Shown piece by piece: positions 9,075 through 20,928 of a stretch of DNA of 64,000 nt. Each line of letters starts with the position of its first letter. Within the stretch, counting starts at the first letter, position 1. The DNA comes from Spirochaetia bacterium. GTDB lineage: Bacteria > Spirochaetota > Spirochaetia > SZUA-6 > Bin103. The position numbers and the translations under genes are program-made. The DNA is taken from assembly GCA_965203515.1 (NCBI GenBank), contig OZ241907.1:2592001-2656000 (forward strand), given 5' to 3'. The notes under the pieces are model-generated. The model worked only from the letters and a program-made list of their open reading frames with translations. It was not told the origin of the DNA and searched no databases.

Positions 9075-10127
9075 ATGACCAGCTACCAGATCGTCGAGTG
9101 GGGCGCGCCGCTGGCCGTGCACCACTACCCGACGCCGGAGCCGCAGGGAACCGAAGTGCTGCTGCGCGTGACCTGCTGCGGCGTCTGTCACAGCGACCTC
9201 CATATCCGCGCCGGCTACTTCGACATGGGCCACGGGCAGCAGCGCCGCCTGGAGAACGTCGGCGTCGCGCTGCCGCTGACGCTGGGGCACGAACCGGTCG
9301 GCGAAGTGGCGGCCGTGGGACCCGCAGCCGCCGGCGTGGCGGTCGGCGACCGGCGCGTGTGCTGGCCGTGGGTCGGCTGCCGGAGCTGCGCCGTCTGCCG
9401 GCGCGAAGAGGACATCCTGTGCGAGCGCGGCCGCTACCTGGGCGCGCGGGTCGACGGCGGCTACAGCGATTACCTGCTGGTTCCGCACCCGCGGTACCTG
9501 CTCCCCTACGACGGGGTCGAGGAGGCGGTGGCCGCCACCTACGCGTGCGCGGGCATCACGGCGTACGCGGCCCTGAAGCGGGCCGTCGGCGGCCTTACCC
9601 GTGACGACACGCTGCTGTTGGTCGGGGCGGGCGGCCTTGGCACCAGCGGCCTGCGCATCGTGCCGGCCATGACCGAGGCGACGGTCGTCGTGGCCGATAC
9701 CGATCCGGCCAAGCGGGCGCTGGCCGAACGGCTCGGCGCTGCGCGGACGATCGACAACGGCGACCCCGACGCAGCCGCCCGGTTGCGGGAGCGTACCGGC
9801 GGCGTGGCGGCGTCGGTCGACTTCGTCGGCATGCCGCAGACCACCCTGTTCGCGATCGACACGTTGCGCCGCGGCTGCACGCACGTAGTCGTGGGCCTGT
9901 ACGGCGGCGCGCTCGACATGCCGATGCCCAATCTGATCTACAAGCTGCTTTCGCTGCGCGGCTCGCACGTGGGGACCCCGCAGGACCTCGCCGAGCTGAT
10001 CGCGCTGCGCCGCGCCGGCCGGATCGAGCCGCCGCCGATCGCCGAGCGGCCGCTCGGCGAGGTCAACGACGTGCTTGCCGAGCTCACCGAAGGCCGGATC
10101 GAAGGCCGGGTGGTGCTGCGGCCGTAG
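9075..10127 (+). CDS. Zn-dependent alcohol dehydrogenase
   Basis: CGVCHSD, GHE, CxxCxxC, GAGGLG, GRVVL. Confidence 0.92.
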   Translation: MTSYQIVEWGAPLAVHHYPTPEPQGTEVLLRVTCCGVCHSDLHIRAGYFDMGHGQQRRLENVGVALPLTLGHEPVGEVAAVGPAAAGVAVGDRRVCWPWVGCRSCAVCRREEDILCERGRYLGARVDGGYSDYLLVPHPRYLLPYDGVEEAVAATYACAGITAYAALKRAVGGLTRDDTLLLVGAGGLGTSGLRIVPAMTEATVVVADTDPAKRALAERLGAARTIDNGDPDAAARLRERTGGVAASVDFVGMPQTTLFAIDTLRRGCTHVVVGLYGGALDMPMPNLIYKLLSLRGSHVGTPQDLAELIALRRAGRIEPPPIAERPLGEVNDVLAELTEGRIEGRVVLRP

Positions 10128-10160
10128 CGCGCGATCCCCGTCCGTTGCTAAGGTTGCGCC

Positions 10161-10964
10161 ATGACGCTCAAGCAGATGCGGCAGCGCATGTACGTGGACG
10201 GCTGGTGCGTGATCGAGGACGTGATCCCGCCGGCCGAGATCGGCGCCGTGCGCGACAGCGTGCTGCGCACCGTAGACGCCTACAAGCACCTGCGCCGGAA
10301 CGCCCCAAAGAAGATCGGCGCGGTCTCCGGGATGATCGCCTACGACCAGTCGTTCGCGCCCTATCTGGCCGAGTCGCGCCTGCTGGGGCTGGCCGAGTCG
10401 CTGCTCGGCCCCGACCTGCGCATCTCGTACAACACCAGCATCGTCAACTACCCCGGCAACGAGCGCTCCACCTGGCACGCCGACTGGCCGTTCAATCAGC
10501 ACAACGCCGGCCACATCCGCGCCCCCTACCCGGACGCGGTCTGCCATCTGACGACGCTGTGGATGCTCACCGAGTTCACCGAGGAGAACGGCGGCACGCT
10601 GATCGTCAGCGGCAGCCACCGCTCCAACGACAACCCGACCGGCGGAGTCGAGGCGCCGCGGTTCGAGCCGTACCCGACGGAGATGTGCGTGACCGGACGG
10701 GCCGGCTCCGTGGCGGTCTGCGACAGCCGGCTGTGGCACGCCGCCGGCGCCAATCGATCGACCGCGCCGCGCGTCGGGCTGGCGGTACGCTACGCCCCGT
10801 GGTGGCTGAACCTGGAGGGGCTGCGGCCCGGTTCGCCGGACCGCCGGCGGATCGTGGACGCCAACCCCGGCTTGACGGAGAACGAGGTGCCGCCGGTACC
10901 CCGCGACGTCTTCCGGCGTCTGCCGGACGCCGTGCGGCCGCTGTTCCAGCACTGGGTGGCATGA
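10161..10964 (+). CDS. Phytanoyl-CoA dioxygenase (PhyH) family protein
   Basis: WHADW (HxD), ENGGT...GSH, LWHAAGAN...R. Confidence 0.88.
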   Translation: MTLKQMRQRMYVDGWCVIEDVIPPAEIGAVRDSVLRTVDAYKHLRRNAPKKIGAVSGMIAYDQSFAPYLAESRLLGLAESLLGPDLRISYNTSIVNYPGNERSTWHADWPFNQHNAGHIRAPYPDAVCHLTTLWMLTEFTEENGGTLIVSGSHRSNDNPTGGVEAPRFEPYPTEMCVTGRAGSVAVCDSRLWHAAGANRSTAPRVGLAVRYAPWWLNLEGLRPGSPDRRRIVDANPGLTENEVPPVPRDVFRRLPDAVRPLFQHWVA

Positions 10965-11728
10965 CGGCCGGCCGCATGACGGCGGCGGAGCAGGCCGCGC
11001 TGAAGGCCGACTTCCGCCGCGACGGCTACGCGGTGGCGCGCGGGTTCTTGAGCGAGGCGGCGGTGGCGGACGTCAACCGGCACATCGACGCCCTCATCGA
11101 CCGGCTGCCCGACCTGGATGAGCGCACGGCGTTCCACGAGGTTCCCGGCGATCCCGAAACGATCATGCGCCTGCAGAACTTCGGCCGGTACGACCGGGAC
11201 CTGCAGGCGCTCTATGAGAGCGAGCGGCTGGTCGGGCTGGCCGCCGATCTGCTCGATGACGCGGCGGTGCCGACGGTGCTCCAGTGGTTCGCCAAGCCGC
11301 CGCGCGTCGGCAAGGTGACGCCGCCGCACCAGGACGGCTTCTACTTCAAGTTGGAGCCGAGCGAGGCGCTCACCTTCTGGATCGCGCTGGACGCGGTGGA
11401 TCGGGAGAACGGCTGCATCCGCTACCTGCCCGGCTCTCACCTGCGCGGCTACCGCCCGCACGCCATGTCCAACGTGATGGGCTTCTCCCGCGGCGTCACC
11501 GACTACGGCAGCGCCGATCTGGCCGCCGAGCACGCGATCGTCGCCGCCCCGGGCGACCTGATCATCCACCACTGCATGATCGTGCACCGCGCCGACCCCA
11601 ACCCGAGCGATCGGTGGCGGCGCGCCCTCGGGCTGGTCTATTACGCGGGCCGCGCGCGGGTCACCGAGCGGTCCGAGGCGTACGTCGAGGAACTGGTCAG
11701 GAAGTGGGTGGCCGAGGGCCGCGCTTAG
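10961..11728 (+). CDS. PhyH family dioxygenase
   Basis: FAKPP, PHQDG, WIALD...ENGC...PGSH, VHRADPN; ATGA overlap with the previous gene. Confidence 0.88.
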   Translation: MTAGRMTAAEQAALKADFRRDGYAVARGFLSEAAVADVNRHIDALIDRLPDLDERTAFHEVPGDPETIMRLQNFGRYDRDLQALYESERLVGLAADLLDDAAVPTVLQWFAKPPRVGKVTPPHQDGFYFKLEPSEALTFWIALDAVDRENGCIRYLPGSHLRGYRPHAMSNVMGFSRGVTDYGSADLAAEHAIVAAPGDLIIHHCMIVHRADPNPSDRWRRALGLVYYAGRARVTERSEAYVEELVRKWVAEGRA

Positions 11729-11740
11729 GCGAGGTGGGCG

Positions 11741-11783
11741 TGGCGCAAGAATGGCGCAAGAATGGCGCAAGAATGGCGCAAGA
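11741..11783. repeat. 11-bp tandem repeat TGGCGCAAGAA, about 4 copies
   Basis: Copies start at 11741, 11752, 11763 and 11774; abuts the Fic stop codon. Confidence 0.95.
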
Positions 11784-12829
11784 TCATGCGTCCGTATCGC
11801 TCAGGCGATATTCCTGACGGCTGGTGCTGCCGGAGCGCAGCAACAGCCCGCGCTCGACCAGGACCTTGAGGTCGCGCTGCAGCGTCCGGCGCGCCGTACC
11901 CGAGCACAGCGCTTCCACGTCGGAGATCGTGATACGCCCGCGGTCGAGCGCGTGCCCGAGGATCAGCGCCTGTCGCGCGGTCAGACTGCGCTGCCTGACG
12001 AGCAGGTCCTGCCGGATCGCCTGCTCGCCGCGTCGCTTGACCTCGGCGAGCTGCGTGGCGAGCCCTTCGGCGTAGAACGCGACCCAACCGGTCATGTCCA
12101 TGTTCGCCTGCCGTACGCCCTGCAGAGCTCGGTAGAATGAGGTCCGATCCCGGTCGTAGTACTCGCTGATCGTGAAGAGCCGCTTGAAGTCATAGCCCGC
12201 TCGATAGAGACAGAGCATCGACAGGAGCCGGGAGGTCCGCCCGTTGCCGTCCAGAAACGGGTGGATGTGGACCAGTTGGAACTGGGCGATCGCGCTGACG
12301 ATGACCGGATGGACGTCGCGCGGATGGTTCAGCCAGTCTGTCAGGTCGCGCATGAGCATCGGCACGTCTCCGGCCGGCGGAGGGGTATGTATGGTCTCTC
12401 CGGTCGCCGCATTCACGACGTAGTTCTGCACGCGCCGATACGATCCCGGACCGGCCGCGCCGCCGCGCACGCCCTCCACCAGCCGGCGGTGGATGTCGCG
12501 GATGATCCGCTCCGTAATCGGAGTCTCCCGGTCGAGGTAGTCGCTGACGGACGCGAACGCCCGCCGGTAGTTGAGCAGCTCGCGCGCGTCGTCGGGGTCC
12601 GCGGACGGGAGCTCGGCGCCCGCAAGGAGGCGGGCTGCGTCTCGAGCGTCAGGCGGGTGCCTTCGATGTGCGTCGTGTGGTGGGCTTCGAGCAGGAGCGC
12701 GCGCGAGCGCATCACGGCGATCCAGCGCTCGGACAAGGTGGCGGCTTCCAGGAAGCCGCGCGCCCGTTCGATGCGGGTCAGCGACGCGGCGATAGCGTTG
12801 GTGATGGAGAAGCGCGGGGCGAAGCTCAT
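11784..12829 (-). pseudogene. Fic-family protein with C-terminal HTH, frameshifted near 12640 (or sequencing error)
   Basis: [12 protein letters not shown] in the 3' frame and TTHIEG in the 5' frame. One added base at CTCGAG^ACGCAG gives the continuous [29 protein letters not shown]. Confidence 0.85.
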
Positions 12830-12921
12830 GTCCGTCGCCGCAGGATTGGCGGGCGGGCTCCGGGTGAACGCCCGAATCGTCGGGCCGGCCGCCCGGAGCC
12901 CCGGAGTACGGCGGGAGACTC

Positions 12922-13503
12922 CTACTGCCGGATGAACTCGGCGTCGATCTCGATGCGGACCTCCGCGCCGACGATCAGGCCGCCGTTGTCGAGCCGGTTG
13001 TCCCAGGAGACGCCGAAATCGTGACGGTCGATCTCGGCGCGGCCCTCCACGCCCACGACGACCGCCCCGCCCGGACCGGCGGCCGGACCGACGATGGTGA
13101 CCGGCATCTCGATCGACCTGGTGGTGCCGCGAATCGTGAGGTCGCCGATCACGACCAGGCCGTCCTCGCCCATCGTCAGGCCGGTGCTGTTGAAGGTGAT
13201 CGTCGGATGGTTCGCCGCGTCCAGGAAGTCGGCGCTGCGCAGGTGGCCGTCGCGCCGGTCGTTGTTGGTGTCGATGCTGGCCGCCTGGATCGTGGCGGTC
13301 AGCGCGAACGAGTCCATGTCCTCCGGATCGTAGGTAAAGGAGGCGTCGAACTCGTTGAACGAGCCGGTGGTCTTGGAGATCACCAGATGCGACACCCGGA
13401 AGCCGACGTTGGTGTGGGCCGTGTCCACCTTGAATTCGGCGGCAAGAGCGCCATGCGCGAGCACGAACAGCGCCGCCGCGGCGAACGGAAGTTTGCGAAT
13501 CAT
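12922..13503 (-). CDS. YceI-family lipid/polyisoprenoid-binding protein
   Basis: Signal peptide, [34 protein letters not shown]. Confidence 0.93.
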   Translation of the reverse strand: MIRKLPFAAAALFVLAHGALAAEFKVDTAHTNVGFRVSHLVISKTTGSFNEFDASFTYDPEDMDSFALTATIQAASIDTNNDRRDGHLRSADFLDAANHPTITFNSTGLTMGEDGLVVIGDLTIRGTTRSIEMPVTIVGPAAGPGGAVVVGVEGRAEIDRHDFGVSWDNRLDNGGLIVGAEVRIEIDAEFIRQ

Positions 13504-13594
13504 GGTCGAATATCCTCGCAGAACGTGAGATTGCGCGTCTTCGAGCGCGGTGGGAAATATACGTAGGCGCGCTTCCGCTGTCGAGTGCGGCGGG

Positions 13595-14512
13595 TCAGTG
13601 GTAGTAGGGCTCGCGCAGCAGCGCCGCCTTGATCGGGTCGGCCGCCGCCCGCTCGCGCAGCGCCGCGGAGGGGGTGCAGTGCGGCCAGTCGAGCATGTAG
13701 GACGGCCCGTACTGGTAGAGCAGCCAGCGCTTGTCGGCCGCTCGCGGGGCGGTCAAGGCATGCGAAAGCGCCTCCGTGTAGAGCAGCGCTTCGCCGGCGG
13801 CTAGCGGCAGCGGGCGCAGCGCCGGCAGGTCGTCGGCCAGCCGGTCGGCGTACGGGTGGGGAAAGTTGGCCTTGTGGCTTGCCGGTATCACGCCGAAGGC
13901 GCCGTCGCCGGGAGCCGTGTCGTCCAGGGCGATCAGCACCGACACCAGCAGACAACGGAACTCGCCCTCCACGAATGCCCGGTAGCGCCCGAAGCGGCGC
14001 GGGTCGGCGCGCCCCCCCTGCGTCACGCGGCTGCTCACCCCGGCCCGGCGCACCAGCGCGCGCGAGGAGATCAGCCGCACCTGCTCGCCCCAGATCAGCT
14101 CCACCATGCGGGCGTGCAGGTCCGCCCGCGCGAACACCTCCTCGAACGCGCCGCCGAGCTCCACGACGTTGCGCAGCTCCTGCTCCAGCCCATTCCCCAC
14201 CGCGGTGACGCCGTCCGGCAGTGCGTCCGGCTCCGCGAGCGTCCGTCGCGCCGCGGCCGCCTGGGACCGGTCGAGCAGGGCGCCGAGCGGCAGGAAGCCG
14301 GTGATGTCGAAGCGGAAGCGCTCGGCCTCCGCAAGCCGCCGCTGGCCGGTGCCGGTCTGCAGCGCCGAGGTGTTGCTGGCGGTGCGGCGCGGCGACGGAG
14401 CGGGCTCGGACGCTCCGGGCGCCGCCGAATCGGGCGCCGCCGGTTCGCCGGGCGCGGCGTCGATGTCGTACGCGCGCGGCGGCGGCTCCCGCCGCGGGTC
14501 CGCGCCGTTCAC
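13595..14512 (-). CDS. PhyH-like protein with a degenerate first iron ligand
   Basis: [34 protein letters not shown] start overlaps the upstream TGA. Confidence 0.75.
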   Translation of the reverse strand: MNGADPRREPPPRAYDIDAAPGEPAAPDSAAPGASEPAPSPRRTASNTSALQTGTGQRRLAEAERFRFDITGFLPLGALLDRSQAAAARRTLAEPDALPDGVTAVGNGLEQELRNVVELGGAFEEVFARADLHARMVELIWGEQVRLISSRALVRRAGVSSRVTQGGRADPRRFGRYRAFVEGEFRCLLVSVLIALDDTAPGDGAFGVIPASHKANFPHPYADRLADDLPALRPLPLAAGEALLYTEALSHALTAPRAADKRWLLYQYGPSYMLDWPHCTPSAALRERAAADPIKAALLREPYYH

Positions 14513-15321
14513 GAGACCCGTACCGTATCCACGCTGAAGGTGGTCCGGGCGCCGAACGGGTCCGGACCGCGGATCAGCTCGCGCTGGCGCGGGGTGGCCC
14601 GATCCTGGAATCCGGGCGCGGTCACCGTCTGGTCGTACCAGGCGGAGTGGAACGCCGGCGCGTAGGAGACGAAGATCGTGCGGCGCACCCGGTCGCTGCG
14701 GTTCACCAGCGCGCCGTGGGTGAGGTCCTCGGAGAACAGCACCGCGTCGCCCGCCCGCACCGGGATCGGCTGCACCAGCGGATCGTCGGCCTGCGGCAGC
14801 TCCAGGATGCCGGGGACGGCATAGTTGCTCTTGTGGCTCCCCGGTATTACCGCGAACGGCCCGTCGCCGGGACCCACGTCGGTAAGGGCGTAGCCGATCT
14901 TGACGCTCACGCACTCGAACCGGTCGCGGTTGAGCGCGTACTCGCTGTAGGCCAGCAGCTCCGCGTAGCCGTGATGCAGCACGCTGCCGCGGCCCGAGGT
15001 ACGCGCCATGAAGTGCATGGCGTCCAGGCGCAGCGGACCGCCGATCATCTCCTCCACCAGCGGTACCGTGGCCGGAACGTCGATCAGGGACTCGAATACG
15101 CCGCCGTACGGCAACAGGACGCAGGAGTACTCCAGACGGCCGTATCGGTCGCGGTCGCCGCGCGTCTGGCGGACCGCGCCGGCCGCATCGGCCTGCGCCG
15201 TGCTCATCGCGTCGAGCAGGTCGAGCTCGGCGTTGAGGCGCCGGACCAGTTCGTCCGGCAGCGCTCCGCGCACGGTCAGATAGCCGTTGAGATCGAACAG
15301 ATAGCGCTGCTCCTCAGTCAT
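14509..15321 (-). CDS. PhyH-family Fe/2OG enzyme with HxG motif
   Basis: [41 protein letters not shown]. Confidence 0.85.
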   Translation of the reverse strand: MTEEQRYLFDLNGYLTVRGALPDELVRRLNAELDLLDAMSTAQADAAGAVRQTRGDRDRYGRLEYSCVLLPYGGVFESLIDVPATVPLVEEMIGGPLRLDAMHFMARTSGRGSVLHHGYAELLAYSEYALNRDRFECVSVKIGYALTDVGPGDGPFAVIPGSHKSNYAVPGILELPQADDPLVQPIPVRAGDAVLFSEDLTHGALVNRSDRVRRTIFVSYAPAFHSAWYDQTVTAPGFQDRATPRQRELIRGPDPFGARTTFSVDTVRVS

Positions 15322-15369
15322 GCCGGTACCGTAGCACGGCGAAGTCGGGTTACCGTCGCCGGCGAAGCC

Positions 15370-16461
15370 ATGCAGGTCGTGGACCCGGCGCTGAGCGCCC
15401 GCCTGAACGAAGCCGCCGCCCGTTACGGCGCGTTGGAGCGTCTGGTCGCCGACCCGGCCCAGGCCCGGGACCAGCGCGCCTATCGGGAACTGATGCAGGA
15501 GTACGCGCAGCTTGCCGCCCTGGTGCGGGAGAGCGATCGCATCCGCACCCTGACCGTGCAGATCGACGAGGCGAACGAGCTGGCCGCCGCCGAGGAGGAC
15601 CAGGCGATGCGGGAGCTGGCCGACGAGGAGGTCCGCATGCTCCGGCGGACCCTTGCCGAGTCGGTCGATCGCGTCGGCGAGCTGCTGGTGCCGCGCGACC
15701 CGAACGCGTCCCGCAACATCATCATGGAGATCCGCGCCGGCACCGGCGGCGATGAGGCAGCGCTCTTCACCGCCGATCTGTACCGCATGTACAGCCGCTA
15801 CGCCGACGCCAAGCGCTGGAACGTGGAGATGATCTCGTCCAGCCCGACCGAGATCGGCGGGTTTCGCGAACTGTCGTTCTCGGTCGCCGGCGCCGACGTC
15901 TTCGACCACCTGCGCTGGGAAAGCGGCGTGCACCGCGTGCAGCGCGTGCCGGTGACCGAGTCCCAGGGCCGCATCCACACCTCGGCGGTGACCGTCGCGG
16001 TGCTGCCCGAGGCGCAGGAGACCGAGGTGGCGCTCCGCCCGGAGGAGGTCCGCATCGACGTCTACCGCTCGTCCGGGCCGGGCGGGCAGAGCGTCAACAC
16101 CACCGACTCCGCGGTGCGCCTGACCCACCTGCCGACCGGCCTGGTGGTCACCTGTCAGGACGAGAAGTCCCAGCACAAGAACCGCGCGAAGGCGCTGCGG
16201 GTGCTGCGGGCGCGTCTCTACGAGGCCGAGGAGGCGAAGCGCGCGGCCGAGCGCGCCGAGCACCGGCGCGCGCAGATCGGATCGGGCGACCGCTCGGAGC
16301 GCATCCGCACCTACAACGTGCCGCAGAATCGCGTCACCGACCACCGCATCAACCTGACGCTGTATCGGCTGGAGGCGGTATTGCTGGGCGAGATGGAAGA
16401 GGTGATCGCCGCGCTGCGCGCCCACGCCCGGCAGGCGGCGTTGCGGGAGGTGTTGGCGTGA
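15370..16461 (+). CDS. prfA: Peptide chain release factor 1
   Basis: [14 protein letters not shown] specificity motif, [17 protein letters not shown]. Confidence 0.97.
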   Translation: MQVVDPALSARLNEAAARYGALERLVADPAQARDQRAYRELMQEYAQLAALVRESDRIRTLTVQIDEANELAAAEEDQAMRELADEEVRMLRRTLAESVDRVGELLVPRDPNASRNIIMEIRAGTGGDEAALFTADLYRMYSRYADAKRWNVEMISSSPTEIGGFRELSFSVAGADVFDHLRWESGVHRVQRVPVTESQGRIHTSAVTVAVLPEAQETEVALRPEEVRIDVYRSSGPGGQSVNTTDSAVRLTHLPTGLVVTCQDEKSQHKNRAKALRVLRARLYEAEEAKRAAERAEHRRAQIGSGDRSERIRTYNVPQNRVTDHRINLTLYRLEAVLLGEMEEVIAALRAHARQAALREVLA

Positions 16462-17300
16462 CGGTAGCCGGCGCGTTCCGTACCGGGGTCGCCGCGCTGG
16501 CCGGCGCGCCCACCGACACGCCGGCCCTGGATGCGGCGGTGCTGCTGGCCGACGCGCTGGGCGTGAGCAAGGAGCGCCTGTTCGCGCGGATGGCCGAGCC
16601 GGTCGGCGCGCGCGGCGCTGCCAGCTTCCGGCGCGCGCTCGACCTGCGGCGCCGGGCGGTGCCGGTCGCCTACATCCGCGGCGCCAAGGAGTTCTACGGC
16701 CACACCTTCAGCGTCGATCGGCGCGTGCTGATCCCGCGTCCCGACACCGAATGCCTGGTGGCGGCCGCGCTGGAGGTGATCGCCGCCGATCCGACCGTCC
16801 GGCGGGTGCATGACGTGGGCACCGGGTCCGGCTGCATCGCCATCGCCCTGCAGGCCGCGCGCCCGGCGCTGGCGGTCTCGGTCTCCGACCGCGACGCCGG
16901 CTGCCTGGAGGTGTGCCGCGTCAACCAGCGGCGGCTGCTCGGCCGGGAGCGCCTGAGCGCGCGGACAGCCGACCTGCTGGCCGGCATTCCCGGACCGTTC
17001 GACCTGATCGTGGCCAATCCGCCCTACCTGGACGCCGCCGCCTGCGCGCGCCTGGCCGGCCGCGGCTGGCCGGAGCCGGTGGGTGCGCTGCGCGGCGGCC
17101 GCAGCGGCGCCGAGGTGACGCTCCGGCTGATCGCGCAGGCGGGCGGCCGGCTGCGGCCCGGCGGGTACCTGTTGCTGGAGACCGCCGTCGAGCACGTCGC
17201 CACGCTGCAAGCGGCGCTTGCCGCCACCGGGTTCGCGGACCCGGTCGTGCACCGCGACCTGGCCGGCCGGCCGCGGGTACTGGGCGCCCGGTGGCGCTGA
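16458..17300 (+). CDS. prmC: Release factor glutamine methyltransferase
   Basis: [20 protein letters not shown]; follows prfA. Confidence 0.95.
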   Translation: MTVAGAFRTGVAALAGAPTDTPALDAAVLLADALGVSKERLFARMAEPVGARGAASFRRALDLRRRAVPVAYIRGAKEFYGHTFSVDRRVLIPRPDTECLVAAALEVIAADPTVRRVHDVGTGSGCIAIALQAARPALAVSVSDRDAGCLEVCRVNQRRLLGRERLSARTADLLAGIPGPFDLIVANPPYLDAAACARLAGRGWPEPVGALRGGRSGAEVTLRLIAQAGGRLRPGGYLLLETAVEHVATLQAALAATGFADPVVHRDLAGRPRVLGARWR

Positions 17301-17310
17301 GGGGCGCCCG

Positions 17311-17320
<10 letters not shown>
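17282..17320. repeat. 19-bp direct repeat GGGCGCCCGGTGGCGCTGA x2 spanning the prmC stop and the rel start
   Basis: Copies at 17282-17300 and 17302-17320. Confidence 0.9.
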
Positions 17321-19371
<2,051 letters not shown>

Positions 19372-19384
19372 CGCGCGTGGAGGC

Positions 19385-20035
19385 GTGACCGACCGCCTGC
19401 GCGTCTACCGGCTGCTGTTCGAGCAGCACGGCCCGCAGGGCTGGTGGCCGAGCGAATCGCCGTTCGAGACGATGGTCGGCGCCGTGTTGACCCAGCGCAC
19501 GGCCTGGGCCAACGCCGCGCGGGCGATCGACCGCCTGCGCGCCGCGCGGCTGCTGGCGCCGCAGCCGATGCGCGCGGAGCCGGTCGAGTCGCTGGCCGCG
19601 CACATCCGCGCGAGCGGGTTCTTCCGCGCCAAGGCGCGCAAGCTGCACGCGCTCTGCGGCTTCCTGGGCCGCTACGGCGATGACGTGGCGCGCTTGCGCG
19701 CGGCCGGCGCCGCGCGGCTGCGCGCCGAGCTGCTGGCCGTGCACGGCATCGGCCCGGAGACCGCGGACGCGATCATGCTGTATGCGGTGGGCGTACCGAC
19801 CTTCGTGGTCGACGCCTATGCCCGGCGCATCTTCTCCCGGCTCGGCGAACCGTCGGCCGGCGCCGGCTACGCCCGCTTCCAGGCGTGGCTGCTGGCCGGA
19901 CTGCCGGCCGATGCCGGGCTGCTCGGCGAGTATCACGCCCTGCTGGTCCGCCACGCCCGCGACGTGTGCGCGGCGCGGCGGCCCCGCTGCGACCGTTGCG
20001 CGCTGCGCGGGCGCTGTGCGTTCGCTATTCGCTAG
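19385..20035 (+). CDS. Endonuclease III-like HhH-GPD DNA glycosylase
   Basis: VGAVLTQRT, GIGPETAD, VVDAY, C-x6-C-x2-C-x5-C. Confidence 0.9.
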   Translation: MTDRLRVYRLLFEQHGPQGWWPSESPFETMVGAVLTQRTAWANAARAIDRLRAARLLAPQPMRAEPVESLAAHIRASGFFRAKARKLHALCGFLGRYGDDVARLRAAGAARLRAELLAVHGIGPETADAIMLYAVGVPTFVVDAYARRIFSRLGEPSAGAGYARFQAWLLAGLPADAGLLGEYHALLVRHARDVCAARRPRCDRCALRGRCAFAIR

Positions 20036-20852
20036 CGCTAGCGGCGGACAGATACTCCCGCAGCGTGCCGGCGTACTGGCCCAGGACGGCGTCCGCGTCG
20101 TGCGCGCTGCCGCGCCGGTGGATGACCTCCACCGAGCAGTAGCCGTCGAAGCCGGCCTCCGCCAGCAGGCGCAACGGCGGCTCGTGGTCGTAGCGGCCGG
20201 CGCCCAGGGCCACGTTCCGCGCGCTGCCATCCGGGCCGTAGTCGCAGTCGTGCACGTGCAGATGGCGGACCAGACCCGCCAGGTTCTGCGCGGTCACCTC
20301 CGGCCGTTCCAGCAGCCGCATCGGGTGCAGCAGGTCCCACAGCACCGCGCAGCGGTCGTGGCCGACGCGCTCCACCACGGCGCGCACCGACGCCGACGCG
20401 CTCCAGCGGTCGTGGGTCTCCATCAGGACGGTCACCGAACGCGCCTCCGCCTCGTCCATCACCGCCCGGTAGCCGTCCGCCACGTAGTCGACGATCAGCA
20501 GCAGGTCGCGCGCGGCGTGCTCTCCCCCGAAGGTGCGCACGTACGGCGCGCCCAGGTCGCCGGCCAGCTCGATGTAGCGGCGCAGGTCCTCGACCTGTCG
20601 GGCGCGCTCGGCGGGGTCGGCCGCCGCCATCCGCGCGCCGGTCGCCACGCAGCAGAACTCCAGCCCTTCCCCGGCGAGCCGGTCGCGCGCGGCGCGGCGC
20701 TCGGCCGGCGTCATCGACGCCTCTATCCCTGCGGCATGATCCCACTCCACGCGGGGCTCCAGTCCCCGATAGCCGTGGCGCTTCATGGCCGACGCGATCG
20801 TGTCGAGCGTCCAGTCCGGACAGACGCTCGTCATGGTTGCCAGATGCATCAT
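20025..20852 (-). CDS. Sugar phosphate isomerase/epimerase (AP endonuclease 2 TIM barrel)
   Basis: GYRGLE, VRTFGG, METHD, WDLLH, HVHD, SVE. Confidence 0.85.
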   Translation of the reverse strand: MMHLATMTSVCPDWTLDTIASAMKRHGYRGLEPRVEWDHAAGIEASMTPAERRAARDRLAGEGLEFCCVATGARMAAADPAERARQVEDLRRYIELAGDLGAPYVRTFGGEHAARDLLLIVDYVADGYRAVMDEAEARSVTVLMETHDRWSASASVRAVVERVGHDRCAVLWDLLHPMRLLERPEVTAQNLAGLVRHLHVHDCDYGPDGSARNVALGAGRYDHEPPLRLLAEAGFDGYCSVEVIHRRGSAHDADAVLGQYAGTLREYLSAASASE

Positions 20853-20928
20853 GGCCGCATCTTATCTCATTCGGGGCGCGGGACGAGCCGGGAGCTCCAC
20901 GGAAATCACCGATAAGTAAAATTCTCGA

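Noticed and set aside
5762..17310. Long N-terminal extensions in the ORF track (HD gene from 5762, ADH from 8499, prfA from 14647, PhyH from 16425)
   Set aside because: They overlap other real genes; better starts with an SD, a -10 element or stop-start coupling exist downstream.
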